DNA of 45,840 nucleotides, taken from positions 1 through 45,840 of the forward strand of contig CALBVR010000098.1 in assembly GCA_937969565.1 (NCBI GenBank). Reading direction: 5' to 3'. The translations under genes and the position numbers were made by a program. The notes beneath the pieces were generated by a model. That model ran no database searches, had not been told where the DNA came from, and saw only the letters and a program-made list of their open reading frames with translations. How positions within the stretch are numbered: position 1 is the stretch's first letter; each line of letters begins with the position of its first letter. Source of the DNA: an uncultured Acidimicrobiales bacterium. Its GTDB lineage: Bacteria > Actinomycetota > Acidimicrobiia > Acidimicrobiales > SHLQ01. Positions 17,973 to 29,222 of the stretch are shown in pieces.

Positions 17973-20090
17973 ATGTCGTCGACCGGGCTCATCGAGCCGT
18001 CCCGTCCCACCGCTACCGAGGTCGAAGCCGAGTTGGCCGAGCACGTGCGCACGCTCGCCGGCCCGGACGCGGTGCCACGGCCAGAGCAACTCGCCGCCGT
18101 CACCGCGGTGGTGGCGGAGCGACGCCGAACGCTGCTCGTGGCCCGGACCGGCTTCGGCAAGTCCGCCGTCTACTTCTCGGCCACCCGCATGCTCCGCGAC
18201 CGTGGGTGGGGGCCAACCATCGTCGTGTCGCCGTTGCTTGCGCTCATGCGAGATCAGGTGGCTGCTGCGACCCGCTTGGGTTTGGCGGCGTTCACGATCA
18301 ACTCGTCCAACCTGAACGATTGGGACGAGATCGAAGACCGGATCGCGCAAGACCAGGTCGACCTGCTGCTCATCGCACCGGAACGTCTGGCCAATCCCGG
18401 CTTTCGGGAGCGGGTGTTCGGACTGATGTTGTCCCGACCGTTCGCACTGGTGTGCGACGAAGCGCACTGCATTTCCGACTGGGGCCACGACTTCCGACCG
18501 GATTACCTGCGCTTGCGTTCCGTCATCGATGAGCTGCCGGCGTGGGCGCCGGTGTTGGCGACCACGGCCACAGCCAACCAGCGGGTCACGGACGATGTGG
18601 CCAGCCAGCTCGGAGCCGACACGCTGGCGCTGCGAACCACACTCGACCGTGAGTCGCTGCACTGCTCGGTGGTGGAGCTCGCTTCCGATGCCGAGCGGCT
18701 CGCGTGGCTGGCCGACAACCTCGACAACCTTCCCGGGTCCGGGATCATCTACACGCTCACGGTGGACCAGGCCACCACCACCGCCGAGTGGCTCGTTTCG
18801 CAGGGGCATCCTGTGGCGGCCTATTCGGGTTCGACCGCGCCGGAGGACCGGGAACAGCTGGAAGATCGTCTTCGCCGCAACGACCTCAAGGCGCTCGTGG
18901 CCACATCGGCGTTGGGCATGGGGTACGACAAACCGGACCTCGCGTTCTGTGTGCATCTGGGCCTGCCACCGACGCCCGTCGCCTACTACCAGCAGATCGG
19001 TCGTGCCGGCCGTGCAATCGACCGGGCGGTGGTGGTGGCGCTGCCGCGTCCGGTCGAAGACGAACGGATCTGGCGATGGTTCGACTCGGTCAGCCTGCCA
19101 TCCGAGGCCATCTGCCACGAGGTGCTTGCCCAGCTGAGCGAGTCGTCGGCCATGTCGCTCACCCGGCTCGAGGCCAACGTGAACATGGGCCGGTCGCGGC
19201 TCACCACACTCCTCAGCATCCTGGACGTGCAGGGGGCGATTCTGAAGGTGAAGGGCGGCTGGGTTCGGTCGCCCAACGATTGGCAGTACGACGCCGAACT
19301 CGCCGAGCGGCTTCGGGAGCTGCGCGGCGAAGAGGCGGAACAGATGCGCCGTTACGTCGATCCACCCGGCTGTCGTTTGCGCTACCTGCGGGAGCTGCTC
19401 GACGACGCCGGTGCCGACGACTGTGGGCGGTGCGACCGCTGCGGCGACGGTCCGAGCTTCGTTGCGCCGTCTCCGGCTCGGGCGGCCGAAGCACAGGCGC
19501 TGCTCCGAGGCGCCGACATCGGCATCGAACCGCGACGACAATGGGCTCCCGGTCTCGACGAACCGAAGGGTCGGCTCGCACCCGAGGTGCAGGCGCAGTG
19601 GGGTCGGGCGCTGGCCCGCCTCGGCGATGGCGGTTGGGATCCGATCGTCGCCGATCTTCTCGATGGGAAGACCGGAGAGGTCCCGGCCGACCTGGTGCAG
19701 GCGATCGTGGGAATCCTGAAGCGCTGGGACTGGACGGCGCGGCCCACGTGGGTCGCCGCACTGCCGTCCCGCCGGAACGCAACACTCATCGACGCGGTCG
19801 CGGCCGAGATCGGCCGGCTCGGGAAGCTCCCGGTCTTCCATCCGTTCGTACATGATGTCGATGGCGCTGGATTCCAGAGCGACCAGGCCAACAGCGCTTT
19901 TCAGCTCGCCAATGTTTGGGGTCGACTGTCCGTCGATCCGGCCGGCCTCCCAGACGCAGAGGTGCGTCGCGGTCCCGTGTTGCTGGTCGACGACAGCGCC
20001 GACAGCCGCTGGACCCTGACCGTCGCCGCACACCTGCTCACGACGTCTGGAACGGGCCCGGTTCTGCCATTCGTTCTTCGGGCACGCTGA
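17973..20090 (+). CDS. RecQ-family helicase with C-terminal phosphoribosyltransferase-like domain (RqlH-like)
   Basis: TGFGKS, DEAHCISDWGHDFRPDY, QQIGRAGR, Zn site (CRL...CGRCDRC) and C-terminal VLLVDD; no HRDC domain evident. Confidence 0.9.
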   Translation: MSSTGLIEPSRPTATEVEAELAEHVRTLAGPDAVPRPEQLAAVTAVVAERRRTLLVARTGFGKSAVYFSATRMLRDRGWGPTIVVSPLLALMRDQVAAATRLGLAAFTINSSNLNDWDEIEDRIAQDQVDLLLIAPERLANPGFRERVFGLMLSRPFALVCDEAHCISDWGHDFRPDYLRLRSVIDELPAWAPVLATTATANQRVTDDVASQLGADTLALRTTLDRESLHCSVVELASDAERLAWLADNLDNLPGSGIIYTLTVDQATTTAEWLVSQGHPVAAYSGSTAPEDREQLEDRLRRNDLKALVATSALGMGYDKPDLAFCVHLGLPPTPVAYYQQIGRAGRAIDRAVVVALPRPVEDERIWRWFDSVSLPSEAICHEVLAQLSESSAMSLTRLEANVNMGRSRLTTLLSILDVQGAILKVKGGWVRSPNDWQYDAELAERLRELRGEEAEQMRRYVDPPGCRLRYLRELLDDAGADDCGRCDRCGDGPSFVAPSPARAAEAQALLRGADIGIEPRRQWAPGLDEPKGRLAPEVQAQWGRALARLGDGGWDPIVADLLDGKTGEVPADLVQAIVGILKRWDWTARPTWVAALPSRRNATLIDAVAAEIGRLGKLPVFHPFVHDVDGAGFQSDQANSAFQLANVWGRLSVDPAGLPDAEVRRGPVLLVDDSADSRWTLTVAAHLLTTSGTGPVLPFVLRAR

Positions 20091-20164
20091 CACCCACAGC
20101 ATCGCAACAGGACCGCAATACGGCAGGCATCAAGTGGTTTTGTGGATGGTCCGAATGAACCGAC

Positions 20165-21724
20165 ATGGTGAAGAAGGCGGCGGAGCGGCCGTCACAATCG
20201 GTGGCGCGCAGCGTTGAACGGACGTCGAGCTTCAACGCGCTCGCGCTCATCCTGTTCTTCGGCTTCACCGGCACGTTGATCTTTGCCATCTTCGAGCAGC
20301 GATCCGCAGTGCGCGAGCAACAGATCGTGTTCGAACAGCGGGCCAATTCGCTGGTGGGTTCGGCTCGGCGGGGCGCCGATGCTCGAGTGAACGAACTGTC
20401 GACGACTGCGAACTTCGTGCGGGAGGCCGGACCGGTTTCGCAGTCGGTCTTTGAGCAGTTCCTGCTGGCCGAGGGTCAGTACACGGCCGACAACCTGACC
20501 GACCCCGGTGCGCTGTTGCTCGAGCCGATGCTGCGCGCCGATCTCGAGACCCGCGTGGAAGCAGAACGGGCGGCGGGCAACGAGGATTTTGCCATCGCGA
20601 GCTTTGCCAGCCGGGCGGATGCCGAGATGCTCGTGGTGACACGATCGGTCGTCGATTCGACTGTGCAGGGCGTCCGGGTCCGCGGTTTGGACATCACACC
20701 GTTCCGCGCCGACATGCTCGGGCCGGCCGACCTGCCCATCTTCGGCGAGACGGTGAACTGGATCGAACCCGTGGCGCTGGTGAGTTCGGTATCCGGCGTC
20801 GACGAATCCGAGCTCGATGGTCGAGGCACGGAGATCTTCGACGTCACGGCGGTGTTGATCCGCCCGGTGGCGCCAGGTGAGCCGAACCGTGGCTGGGTCG
20901 TTCGCTTCGTGAACAGCCAGGACCTCCTCGGCCAGACGCTCGATGTGCTTCCGCCGGGAATGAATGCCCGACTCACCGTGGACCACATCGACCAGGCGGT
21001 GGCCGAGTTCCGAACGCATGGCGAGCTCGAGTGGGCGGATGCGAGTCTGCGAACGAGCGCCTACGTCGAGTTCTCGACGGCGGGTTGGACGATCGAGGTG
21101 TGGGCGGACGACGACTACCTGCATCCGACCGGCCTCTTCGACCAGGCATTCCCCTGGGCATTCGGTGCGTCGCTCACCGCGCTCGCGCTGCTCATCGACA
21201 TGTTCATTCGTCGGGGTCGTCGCCGCCTGTCGACGGCCGAATTCGAACTGGATCATGCGCTCACGCTGGCTTCCACGGATCCGTTGACCGGACTGCTCAA
21301 CCGGCAGGGCCTGATCGATTCTTCTCGTCGGGTCGGTGAGTCGGTTCCGGCGGCCCTCTACTTCGTCGACCTCGACGGGTTCAAGCAGGTCAACGACAGC
21401 GACGGTCATGATGCCGGGGACCGGTTGCTCCAGGAGGTGGCTCGTTCCATCAGTGCCCAGTTCCGGGCCGATGACGTCGTCGCCCGTCTGGGCGGCGACG
21501 AGTTCGTCGTGTTCGTCCTGGGCAACAGCAATCCGCTGCTGCTCCGGACGACCTCGGAGCGGATCGTTCGGGCGGTCTCGTCCGTGGACGAACGAGTCAC
21601 GTGCAGTCTCGGGGTGGCCACGCGAACCGGCGAGGGAGCCGATGTGAAGGAACTGCTTCGCGCAGCGGACGCGGCGATGTACGAGGCCAAGCGTGCCGGC
21701 GGCGACCGCTTCGTGCACGTCTGA
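20165..21724 (+). CDS. Membrane-bound sensor diguanylate cyclase (GGDEF), CHASE-like extracytoplasmic domain
   Basis: Two TM segments flank a sensor domain; DPLTGLLNR, DLDGFKQVND, RADD I-site and RLGGDEF. Confidence 0.92.
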   Translation: MVKKAAERPSQSVARSVERTSSFNALALILFFGFTGTLIFAIFEQRSAVREQQIVFEQRANSLVGSARRGADARVNELSTTANFVREAGPVSQSVFEQFLLAEGQYTADNLTDPGALLLEPMLRADLETRVEAERAAGNEDFAIASFASRADAEMLVVTRSVVDSTVQGVRVRGLDITPFRADMLGPADLPIFGETVNWIEPVALVSSVSGVDESELDGRGTEIFDVTAVLIRPVAPGEPNRGWVVRFVNSQDLLGQTLDVLPPGMNARLTVDHIDQAVAEFRTHGELEWADASLRTSAYVEFSTAGWTIEVWADDDYLHPTGLFDQAFPWAFGASLTALALLIDMFIRRGRRRLSTAEFELDHALTLASTDPLTGLLNRQGLIDSSRRVGESVPAALYFVDLDGFKQVNDSDGHDAGDRLLQEVARSISAQFRADDVVARLGGDEFVVFVLGNSNPLLLRTTSERIVRAVSSVDERVTCSLGVATRTGEGADVKELLRAADAAMYEAKRAGGDRFVHV

Positions 21725-21750
21725 GGTCCACCTCCTTCGGCGAGGGTCGA

Positions 21751-22605
21751 TCAACGTTGCAGTACGAGTGAGAGTTCGATCGTCGCCGTGTCGCTGACGC
21801 CGGCAACGGCGGGTGCACTTGGGGTGTCGATGTCGAAGTCGGCGAGGGCGACCGTGGTGGAGCCGACGATGACCAGCCGGTCGCCGATGATCGTCGCATC
21901 GAGCGGAAGTTCGTGGGGCTGGACGACGCCGTGAATCACGAACTCGCCAACCGCCGTCAAGGTGACCGCGTCACCTTCGGCGGGGAGTGTCGGCAGCGGG
22001 ATCGGCTCGGTGAGATCGAAGCAGGCGGCGGGGAAACGTCCGGTCTGCAGCGCCTGCGTTTTCATCTGGTCGTCGCGGATGCGGCTGTCGCTCGTGAGCC
22101 AGCTGAGGTTGGCGACGATGGAAGCGTCGGTGAGTGTGGCGTCCTCGATGGTGATCGCCCCGGCAACGCCGGAGGATCTGCCGACCGCGGTGAAGTCGAC
22201 ACCGCTGAGGATCTCGTCGATTCGGTAGCCGATGAAGGTCTGGTCGCCGGTTTCGACGACCCACGTGCCGTCGAGCTCGGCCGCGGAGGTCGGGGCTTCG
22301 CCTACTCCGGTTGCGGCCGGGAAGGTGGTTTCCAACACGCAGCGGCTGTCGGCCTCCGTCTCGGTCTCGCTCTGGGTCTCGTCTTCCGCGGTGCTTTGGG
22401 TCGCGGTGGTGGGCGTCGTTGTGTCGTCGGCGCCTCGCGCGGCGGTGTCGCCGTCCTGCAGTTCGGCTTCTTCGCGGGCGATGGCGGCAACCGTTTCGGC
22501 GAGGCTGACCTCCGCCGGGTCGCTGGAGAACAGCCCGAGCTGCCAGGCGGCAATGCCCAGAAGGATCAGTACCGCGCCACCGCCGAGGAGAAGTGTCCGC
22601 CGCAT
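21751..22605 (-). CDS. YceI-family lipid/polyisoprenoid-binding protein, membrane-anchored
   Basis: GTW...FIGYRIDE, LTSDSRIRD, GEFVIHGV, TIELSLVL motifs; N-terminal TM helix. Confidence 0.85.
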   Translation of the reverse strand: MRRTLLLGGGAVLILLGIAAWQLGLFSSDPAEVSLAETVAAIAREEAELQDGDTAARGADDTTTPTTATQSTAEDETQSETETEADSRCVLETTFPAATGVGEAPTSAAELDGTWVVETGDQTFIGYRIDEILSGVDFTAVGRSSGVAGAITIEDATLTDASIVANLSWLTSDSRIRDDQMKTQALQTGRFPAACFDLTEPIPLPTLPAEGDAVTLTAVGEFVIHGVVQPHELPLDATIIGDRLVIVGSTTVALADFDIDTPSAPAVAGVSDTATIELSLVLQR

Positions 22606-22695
22606 GGCTCCACCGTAGGTGCCGGGTGGCGTCGGGGCAGGGCAACCCCCGACCGCTGCGTTGGAGGCCGCAACGGCCGGGGGACCACGGGAGGC

Positions 22696-25062
<2,367 letters not shown>

Positions 25063-25098
25063 CTCGAATCATGAATCGCTGTGTTGATTACATGATTA

Positions 25099-25125
25099 CA
25101 ACGGCGAGGTCGCCCGCCTATTCCC
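25099..25125 (-). promoter_or_regulatory. SigH/SigR-type promoter of lon (GGGAAT-N17-GTTG)
   Basis: Minus strand reads gggaat aggcgggcgacctcgcc gttg, matching the actinobacterial GGAAY-N17/18-GTT consensus. Confidence 0.7.
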
Positions 25126-25768
25126 GGTCGTTCTCGGAAGATCCGGCGATCCAGCGGAGGATGTCGTAGAGGGCTCCGATGGCGGGGGCGTCGAGGCTGT
25201 CCGCGTCGGCGAGCGGCAGGTCGAAGACGAGGACTTCATGGTCCGTGAGGGACCGGTTTCGGGCGGCGCCGAGTTCGGTGAGCATGGCCCGCATTCGTCG
25301 ATTCTCGGCGAGGGTTTCGAACCGGAGGTACTCGACTCCGGTGTCGATGGCCGTGTGCACGAGCAGGTCGAGGAGCAGTTTGCCGAACCCGTGACCTTGC
25401 ATGTCGTCGACCACGGCCACGGCACCTTCGGCCACCTTCGGGTCGTCCTCCACCATGGCCAAGCGGGCGACGGCGATGCCGCGGCCTTCGTCGGTTCCGA
25501 CGTCGCTGTCGCTGGTTGGGTCGGCGACGACCCAGGCGCGATGTCGGTCGTGGTCGATGTCGACGAGTGACGAGACGAGGTAGTCGCCGAGCCGTTGGCG
25601 CACGGTGAAGAAGCGCAGGTAGCGCGAGCGGGGCGACATCTGGCTGAAGGCGGCTTCAAGCGCGGGTCCGTCGGTGGCCCGGATGGGACGGATGACGAAG
25701 GGGGTGCCGTCGTCGAGCTCGCCGGCCACACCGTCGGGGGAGAGGGGGAGGTCCCAGGTGAGGCGCAT
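25118..25768 (-). CDS. GNAT-family N-acetyltransferase
   Basis: IRPIRATD...SRYLRFF...AEGAVAVVDDMQGHGFG...LAENRRM. Confidence 0.9.
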   Translation of the reverse strand: MRLTWDLPLSPDGVAGELDDGTPFVIRPIRATDGPALEAAFSQMSPRSRYLRFFTVRQRLGDYLVSSLVDIDHDRHRAWVVADPTSDSDVGTDEGRGIAVARLAMVEDDPKVAEGAVAVVDDMQGHGFGKLLLDLLVHTAIDTGVEYLRFETLAENRRMRAMLTELGAARNRSLTDHEVLVFDLPLADADSLDAPAIGALYDILRWIAGSSENDRE

Positions 25769-25795
25769 GCCCTCGACCCTAGATTGCCGGCCGGG

Positions 25796-26560
25796 TCAGC
25801 GGGGGAGCGAACGACGGCGTCCGCCCATTCGGGAGGTGCCGATGTCGGCGCGTTGGCCGGCGTCGTGCCCGGCGAGCACGCCGTCGTGGTTGGAGACCGA
25901 GGTGCGGAGCGACGTGACGTTGGGGAACCGTTCGCTGACGTCCTGGTCGACGGCCTCGTCGCGCCGAACGAGTACGGGGAGTGCCGAGTCGCCGGTGGGA
26001 GTGGTGGCAACGTCTCGTGCGGTGTCTCGGGCGGCTTCGAGCCGTTCCCGAATGGTCCAGGCGAACTGGTTGAGGAACGACCTCCGGAAGCTCTTCGTTC
26101 GGTTCTCGCCCCAGGCGTTCACCTGTGTGCCGTGCGCCAGCATGACGTTGACAGCTTGGACGAGGAGCGAGGTGAACAGGATTTCGACGAGGTCGAGGTC
26201 GGACTCGTGGCCGACCACCGTGGCCCACTTGCCGTCAACGTCGAAGAGCGAACCGTCGTCGGCCATTCGCATGACGGTCTCCCGCTCCAAACCGAGGATG
26301 GCCCGACAGTTGTTGGCCCGGGCGACGCCGCCGAGGAGCAGGAACTTCTCTTTCGGATACGGGCTCGGAATCTGAATGAGCCTGGTGACGATGCGGCCCC
26401 GGCCCTCGCGCTCCTCGAGCAGCGCCATGTCGATGGCGTGCGAGGCGATGAGCTCCTGGGCCTTGGCCGTGTAGAGGGCCGCTTCCTCGGCGAACTGGGT
26501 GGACTCCGCCTTGGCGAGCAGCGCACGAACCTTCTCAAGAATGCGGTCTCGTTCTTCCAT
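25796..26560 (-). CDS. DUF2786-domain protein
   Basis: N-terminal ILEKVRALLAKAEST...EEAALYTAKAQEL; VGHESDLDLVEILFTSLLVQA and SFRRSFL. Start ATG 26560. Confidence 0.85.
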   Translation of the reverse strand: MEERDRILEKVRALLAKAESTQFAEEAALYTAKAQELIASHAIDMALLEEREGRGRIVTRLIQIPSPYPKEKFLLLGGVARANNCRAILGLERETVMRMADDGSLFDVDGKWATVVGHESDLDLVEILFTSLLVQAVNVMLAHGTQVNAWGENRTKSFRRSFLNQFAWTIRERLEAARDTARDVATTPTGDSALPVLVRRDEAVDQDVSERFPNVTSLRTSVSNHDGVLAGHDAGQRADIGTSRMGGRRRSLPR

Positions 26561-26625
26561 GTCTTCAGCCTCGCGCGGGGGTCTGACACGGAACTCTACG
26601 ACGACGGATCGGTTACGGTTCCGGC

Positions 26626-27069
26626 ATGATCGATCTGGAAGCGATTCGTTCTCTGGTGGCCGGCGACAGCGGGTTGGCGATGGTGTCGGTGGCTCGGGCG
26701 GACGGGTCGGTCCACACGTCGCTCGTGAACGCCGGCGTCTCGGCACACCCGACGACCGGAGAGGACGTGGTGGCGTTCGTGGTTCGTGGCGATGCCCACA
26801 AGCTGCGGCTGATGCTCAGCGATGGCCGATGCACGGTCGCCTGGCGCAACGGTTGGCGGTGGGGCTCGGTGGACGGCCCGGTCGAGGTGTGCGGCCCGGA
26901 CCATGCCCTCGACGGGGTTGATGCTGCCACGGTGCCCGAACTGCTGCGACAGGTGTTTCGTGACGCTGGAGGAACCCACGACGACTGGGACGAGTACGAC
27001 CGGGTCATGGCGGAGGAGCGACGAACGGCCGTGTTCGTTCGACCCGACCGTTTCCTCGGCCGCCCCTGA
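26626..27069 (+). CDS. PPOX-class (pyridoxamine 5'-phosphate oxidase-like), probably F420-dependent protein
   Basis: ARADGSVHTSLVNAG...GGTHDDWDEYDRVMAEERR. Confidence 0.85.
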   Translation: MIDLEAIRSLVAGDSGLAMVSVARADGSVHTSLVNAGVSAHPTTGEDVVAFVVRGDAHKLRLMLSDGRCTVAWRNGWRWGSVDGPVEVCGPDHALDGVDAATVPELLRQVFRDAGGTHDDWDEYDRVMAEERRTAVFVRPDRFLGRP

Positions 27070-27102
27070 TTCCGTCGATTGCACCCGCCGCGGCGGCTGC
27101 GC

Positions 27103-27186
27103 GACGAGCCACCCACCCAGCGCAGTGACCCGACGCCGCCGACGAGCCGCCCGCCAAGCGTAGTGACCGAACGCTGCCGGCGAGCC
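27103..27186. repeat. Degenerate 38-bp tandem repeat (2 copies plus the start of a third)
   Basis: 27103-27140 gacgagccacccacccagcgcagtgacccgacgccgcc and 27141-27178 gacgagccgcccgccaagcgtagtgaccgaacgctgcc are 31/38 identical; ggcgagcc follows. Confidence 0.8.
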
Positions 27187-27234
27187 CGACGCCGCTGCAC
27201 GGCGTGCGCCCAGCCACCCCCAAACAGTGGAACG

Positions 27235-27274
27235 CGCCGATGCCCCACCAAGGGACTCCTTGGCGGGTTCGGCG
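27235..27274 (-). terminator. Long hairpin 3' of the HNH gene
   Basis: Minus strand cgccga-a-cccgccaagg-agtc-ccttggtggg-gca-tcggcg; no U-tract. Confidence 0.5.
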
Positions 27275-27296
27275 ACTGCGATGAATTGCGAGCGGT

Positions 27297-28601
27297 TCAG
27301 AAGAGGGCGCCCGTCAGGTGCTGCTTCCGGCGTTGATCCAGCCGGGGTTTGGACCGGGTCGATGCCGGGTGCTTGGTTCGCCGTCGACGTCTGCCCGGCG
27401 GCGCATCTGCTGGCAACTCATGTGCGGTTGCCGGCCGAGTTTCCCAATTTCGGGTTTCGATGTTGCGAACCAGGGTGAGCTTCTGGGCGTGGAGCCGACT
27501 GTGGCAGGCCTCGCACAGGAGGACGAGATTGTCGATGTTGGTTTCCCCGGCGAGGGGTGCGTTCCACGGGATGATGTGGTGGGCAACGCAGTGTTCGTGG
27601 GACTTCGAGCACTGCTGACAGCCGCCATCTCGAGCGACGAGTGCCGTCCACTGCGCCCGAGTGACCGTTCGATGCCGGCGCCCTTCCCATAGCGTTTCGC
27701 CGATCTCCGAGTAGATGTGGCCGATGAACTCGCTTCGGCAGCAGAGCTCCTCGACGACGGTGCGTGGAAGCGCCTTGCCGTCTGCCGTGCGGATCACCGT
27801 GCTGTCCGCACCGGTCAGTTGATCGACAGTGACCGTGACGTGAATGATCCCGGCCGGGCGCTTCCGGGCCGGTGTGCCGGTTCGCTCGGTGGTGAAGATC
27901 TTCTGCACGGCATCGAATCGACGCTGCCGATGGGTTCGGGGATGTTCGGAGCTGCTTCGCTCCCGCCCGCCGTCTGCTTCGAACTCGGCATCGGCACCGG
28001 CGTTGATCTTGCGTTCCATCTGATCGATGGAGGTTTCGTCGGCCTCGATCACGAGCCGATGGAGGCCGTTGCGACTGCGGGTGCGGTAGACGTTGCGCAG
28101 CCGGTGGTGGCGCTGATGTTCGGTTTCGGCCTCGGTGTTGGACTTTCGCTTGGTGATCCAATCGTTGGTCTTCTTGCGACCCTGTTCCGGCGTGGACTGT
28201 TCGATGCTCTCGATGAGCTCCTCATCGCAGGCCGCGGCGCCGTCGGTATCTGACGCAGCGTCGGCCAGTACATCTGCCTGGTCGGTGGAGAGGCTGCCGG
28301 TTCGCATCTTGGTGGCGATGTTCGGATTGGCATTGACCGCCTTGCCGCGAGACGCCCGCTTCTTCGCTTCGTTGCGGGAGGTCTTTCCGTCCTGCGTGAA
28401 GAGGCCTTCGACCTGCGTGTCCGAGTCGCCCGCCTCGTAGCGATCGGCGACCGTTTCGGCTTCGACCGTGGTGAGCTGCCGGCGACTCCACTCGATCATC
28501 TGCAGCCGGGCGCGGGGATCGTCGACCCGCTGCAGTGCATGCACAGCAGACATGACGTGGTTCACCACGTGCTGTTGCTGCTGGGAGTCGCCGGTTGCCA
28601 T
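27297..28601 (-). CDS. DUF222-domain HNH endonuclease (13E12-like), 434 aa
   Basis: RTHRQRRFDA, GRRHRTVTRAQWTALVARDGGCQQC, HHIIPW, GETNIDNLVLLCEACHSRLH. Start ATG 28601 is fixed by the promoter. Confidence 0.9.
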   Translation of the reverse strand: MATGDSQQQQHVVNHVMSAVHALQRVDDPRARLQMIEWSRRQLTTVEAETVADRYEAGDSDTQVEGLFTQDGKTSRNEAKKRASRGKAVNANPNIATKMRTGSLSTDQADVLADAASDTDGAAACDEELIESIEQSTPEQGRKKTNDWITKRKSNTEAETEHQRHHRLRNVYRTRSRNGLHRLVIEADETSIDQMERKINAGADAEFEADGGRERSSSEHPRTHRQRRFDAVQKIFTTERTGTPARKRPAGIIHVTVTVDQLTGADSTVIRTADGKALPRTVVEELCCRSEFIGHIYSEIGETLWEGRRHRTVTRAQWTALVARDGGCQQCSKSHEHCVAHHIIPWNAPLAGETNIDNLVLLCEACHSRLHAQKLTLVRNIETRNWETRPATAHELPADAPPGRRRRRTKHPASTRSKPRLDQRRKQHLTGALF

Positions 28602-28608
28602 GAGTTTC

Positions 28609-28637
28609 ATGATATCGAACATACGTTCGATTTGCAA
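28609..28637 (-). promoter_or_regulatory. Promoter TTGCAA-17-TATCAT with a perfect LexA SOS box TCGAAC-N4-GTTCGA (28615-28630) filling the spacer
   Basis: Minus strand reads TTGCAA atcgaacgtatgttcga TATCAT gaaactc ATG. Confidence 0.9.
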
Positions 28638-28751
28638 GTCGAACGGTGATCTCGTTGCGTCCACGTCCAGCCGGCAAGGCCGTTTCCCGAGGCGCGCCGC
28701 TTCTCGCCGGGGGCCGCCGTTCCCGGGGTGTGATTGTGGGAGGCTCGATGC

Positions 28752-29150
28752 ATGGACCCATGGCATCGCGAGATTGTGGAACTGCACGACTTCTTCGAGG
28801 CGTACTTCCTCGGGACACTGCCGGCCGAGGATGTGCATCGGCTCGACGTATTGGCCGACGACTTCACGTTCGTGGGTCCGGACGGTCGCCGGTCGACCCG
28901 GGAGCAGACGGTGGCGGCGATCACGGCGGGGCATGCACACACCGAGTCGCTTCGGATCACCGTCACCGATGCGGAGTTGCTCGTCGACGGGCGCGACACA
29001 GTTGTGGCCCGGTACGTGGAGAACCACGAGTTGTCGAGCGGCTCGAACCACCGCGTGAGCACGGTTGCCTTCAGTCGCAACGACGGCGCGCCGAACGGAT
29101 TGTCCTGGCGCACCGTGCATGAGACCTGGCTCGAGGGGACGCGGGACTAA
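28752..29150 (+). CDS. NTF2-like/DUF4440 family protein
   Basis: EIVELHDFF...LADDFTFVGPDG...WRTVHETW. Confidence 0.75.
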   Translation: MDPWHREIVELHDFFEAYFLGTLPAEDVHRLDVLADDFTFVGPDGRRSTREQTVAAITAGHAHTESLRITVTDAELLVDGRDTVVARYVENHELSSGSNHRVSTVAFSRNDGAPNGLSWRTVHETWLEGTRD

Positions 29151-29189
29151 ACGCTGAACGATCTGGGAATAAGCTCTGCCTACACATGG

Positions 29190-29211
29190 TTGTTAGGCGG
29201 ACCTTACAAAA
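29190..29211. promoter_or_regulatory. DtxR/IdeR-like iron box (TTAGGCGGACCTTAC)
   Basis: Dyad TTGTTAGG-N4-CCTTACAA just upstream of the RBS of a siderophore-interacting protein; a weaker TAAGCTCTGCCTAC lies at 29170-29183. Confidence 0.65.
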
Positions 29212-29222
29212 CGAGGAGTCTC

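Noticed and set aside
25085..25100. TGATTACA direct repeat (x2) upstream of lon as an operator
   Set aside because: Short, matches no motif I know (not HAIR or CIRCE), and could be chance within the promoter region.
27103..27186. 38-bp repeat as a CRISPR or TIGR array
   Set aside because: Only two full units, the variable blocks resemble each other, and there is no cas gene or Nop-domain protein nearby. Kept only as an unexplained repeat.
28602..29120. N-terminal extension making the HNH protein 607 aa
   Set aside because: It overlaps the opposite-strand DUF4440 gene and runs through the promoter and SOS box that define ATG 28601.
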